Origin: Monocercomonoides exilis PA203
Taxonomy: Eukaryota; Protista; Preaxostyla
Direction of reading: 5' to 3'
DNA length: 64,000 nt
NCBI GenBank assembly: GCA_001643675.2
Contig: LSRY02000040.1
Coordinates: forward strand, 620,001 to 684,000
Part shown: piece after piece, positions 62,101-64,000 of the stretch
Layout: each line of letters begins with the position of its first letter
Position numbering within the stretch: the stretch's first letter is position 1
Translations under genes and position numbers: made by a program
The notes under the pieces: generated by a model
Databases searched by the model: none
The model's input: only the letters and a program-made list of their open reading frames with translations
Told to the model about the DNA's origin: nothing

Positions 62101-64000
62101 TTCCCATAAAAGAATGATGTTTTGTTTAATAAAGTTTGATGCACCACAAATAAAGTTTTCGTCTATCAGATTATCATTCATTTAAACTGAAAAAATAGAA
62201 TATTACTCATTTTTTTGCTAATGTTTTTGTCCAAATAAAAAAGATGAAAATAAACTTATTGTCATTGTCGGTCGACTTGTCGAGGTCTTTGGTGAAAAGT
62301 CGGTCTGTCGCAAAGGCCTAATCAATATCATGAAGTACTTTTTGTTTATTTATGTCATTTTGATTGATGAACGATTGTTAATTTTTAACGTATTTTTTTC
62401 ATTTCATTGATAATTTTTCCATTTCGATTTTGACTCAGATTCGAAAATATTAAATTTTTTTATCTTGAATTCAACTTCAGTTTCTTCCATATTACTAAAA
62501 TTAACGTTAAAAGCAATATATATTTATTTAAAAGAAATGAATTTTTTCAAACAGATCAACAAAAAATTTTTAGCATTAAAAAAGATCTCAATGATCATGA
62601 AAACTTTTTTATAACGTGGAAATTTGCAGAAATGGTTATGGACCTCATGAAATACTTCGACAACATATAAATATTATCTAGGTGTATAAAAAAAGCATTT
62701 CTGCAAATTGCAGATCAATAAAAAAATTGAAAATTGAAATGGGATTTCAATTAAGAAAAATGTTTGAAATTTCGTGTTGATACTTAATTTTCGGAATTTT
62801 TCTTAATTTGCCAAAGATTCTATTATACATTTTTGAATATTTCTTTCGCTTTTCTTTGTGGAGATTCTGTGGCTCTTTCTCGACTGAAGTCATAGTTGAA
62901 TTTTGTTGTTTCACGTTTCTTATGGAGAGAAGCAAATTATTCTATGTTTGTCCTTCAAGGCATTTTGTTTGTTTATTTATTTTTTAATTTTAATTTTATT
63001 TTCAAGTCTTTTATTTTCTTCTTCTTCTGCCTCATTGAATGTTGGTTTTCCAGCTGCATCTTTCCCGATTTCAAGTGATCAAACCAAGAATCCCTCTTCA
63101 TCATAATTTTCTTCTTCTTCTGTTTCACTGCTGAGCATGCCATCAATTGCATTCGGAAGAGCACTCAAACGAAGCGGAGGGAGAAAAGCGCTTGCTGCCT
63201 TCAAGCGGACAGTTCGTATGAAGACATACACAAACTCAAGAATTGCTCCACCAGAGTTCAAATCAGAAGTGCTAGGGCTGACAAATAAGATGGGAGGAGG
63301 TGGAAGTAACATCAATAATAAAAATAATAATAGCAGTAAGGAGAAGAAGCTATTACGTGTGGTGATGGAACAAGTGCCGCTGGCTATTCTAAGAGGAAGA
63401 CCACCGAAGATGAAGAGGAAGCGAATGATGACTGCAATGAGGTTGAATCAGCAGGGGAAGAAGAGCGAAGGATGAACAAATGCAAATGCGACAGCGCAGA
63501 ATGCGAGGTGTTTGGAGAAAGCTACTGTGGCATTGGAGAGTTAGAGGAAGCTTGGAAACAAAGAGAAAGTGAAAGAAGAGGAGAAAGGAGAAAGGAGAAA
63601 GATAAGGAAAGAATTATTTCTGTGTTTGATGAGTTTCCATCAGTTGAATTGGAGTGTGGCAGGCAAAAAGGTGAAAAGAGGAGAGTGAAAGAGGGTGTTA
63701 AACGGAAGAAAAAGGGAAAGGAAAAGCATTCAGATCAAAGATAAGTCCGATGATGCGTTCATAAGCTGTCCTGAGTGAGCTGCTTTCGAAAAAGTTGGAG
63801 CTGCTTTGTGTGGCAGATGGCAGCATCACATTTGACTCTTCTGAATCTGACACTCGTGAGACAAGTGGAAGAAGCAGAAGTGACATTGAGTGGAATGGCT
63901 ATGACGAGGGAGTGGATGATAAGGAGGAAGAAGAAGAAGAAGAAGACGTGGAGTTAGACAGGATTCTTAGTGCAAAGATATCCATGACAAGCACACGGGC

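Larger units (their letters stand above)
58546..62320. mobile_element. hAT-like DNA transposon, non-autonomous or decayed (3775 bp)
   Basis: Perfect 15-bp TIRs TAGGCCTTTGCGACA (58546-58560 and 62306-62320), perfect 8-bp TSD ATCAATAT (58538-58545 and 62321-62328), and GTCG/CGAC-rich subterminal repeats. No intact ORF. Confidence 0.9.
51809..62743 (+). mobile_element. Sola2-like DNA transposon (about 5.6 kb net) with two nested insertions
   Basis: Imperfect TIRs of about 165 bp. Left TIR is 51809-51940 continuing at 53475-53506 after the pogo insertion; right TIR is 62584-62743. Shared blocks are cccatttc..aatttt..aattttt..ttgatctgcaatttgcagaa, atttctgcaaatttcca.gtta and tttcat.gatca.t.agatc. 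Encloses a DDD transposase gene. TSD not resolved. Confidence 0.8.

Overview
AT-rich eukaryotic (protist) genomic DNA using the standard code, with short GT-AG introns, poly-Ser/Glu low-complexity ORFs and many decayed gene copies. The style and gene families resemble an oxymonad such as Monocercomonoides; this is an inference, not verified. Best-supported content: (1) a secreted saposin-like peptide with an acidic pro-piece; (2) an intronless protein made of 18 exact 30-aa repeats; (3) a complete DIRS1-like tyrosine-recombinase retrotransposon (28.3-33.3 kb) with ITRs, ICR, gag, RT-RNaseH-MTase and YR; (4) a 2625-aa Ser-rich ORF; (5) a nested DNA-transposon complex at 51.8-62.7 kb. In that complex a Sola2-like element carries an intact 3-exon gene in which a ubiquitin-specific protease (USP/C19) domain is inserted into the transposase. 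A pogo/Fot1-like element sits in its left TIR and a hAT-like element sits in its 3' region. The most unusual signal is that the 3' non-coding part of the Sola-like element is a roughly 550-nt diverged antisense copy of the end of its own ORF. It can fold back with a strong G-U bias around a GC-rich multibranch core flanked by four UGUCCC motifs, which suggests a structure conserved at the RNA level. All alignments and folds were done by eye.
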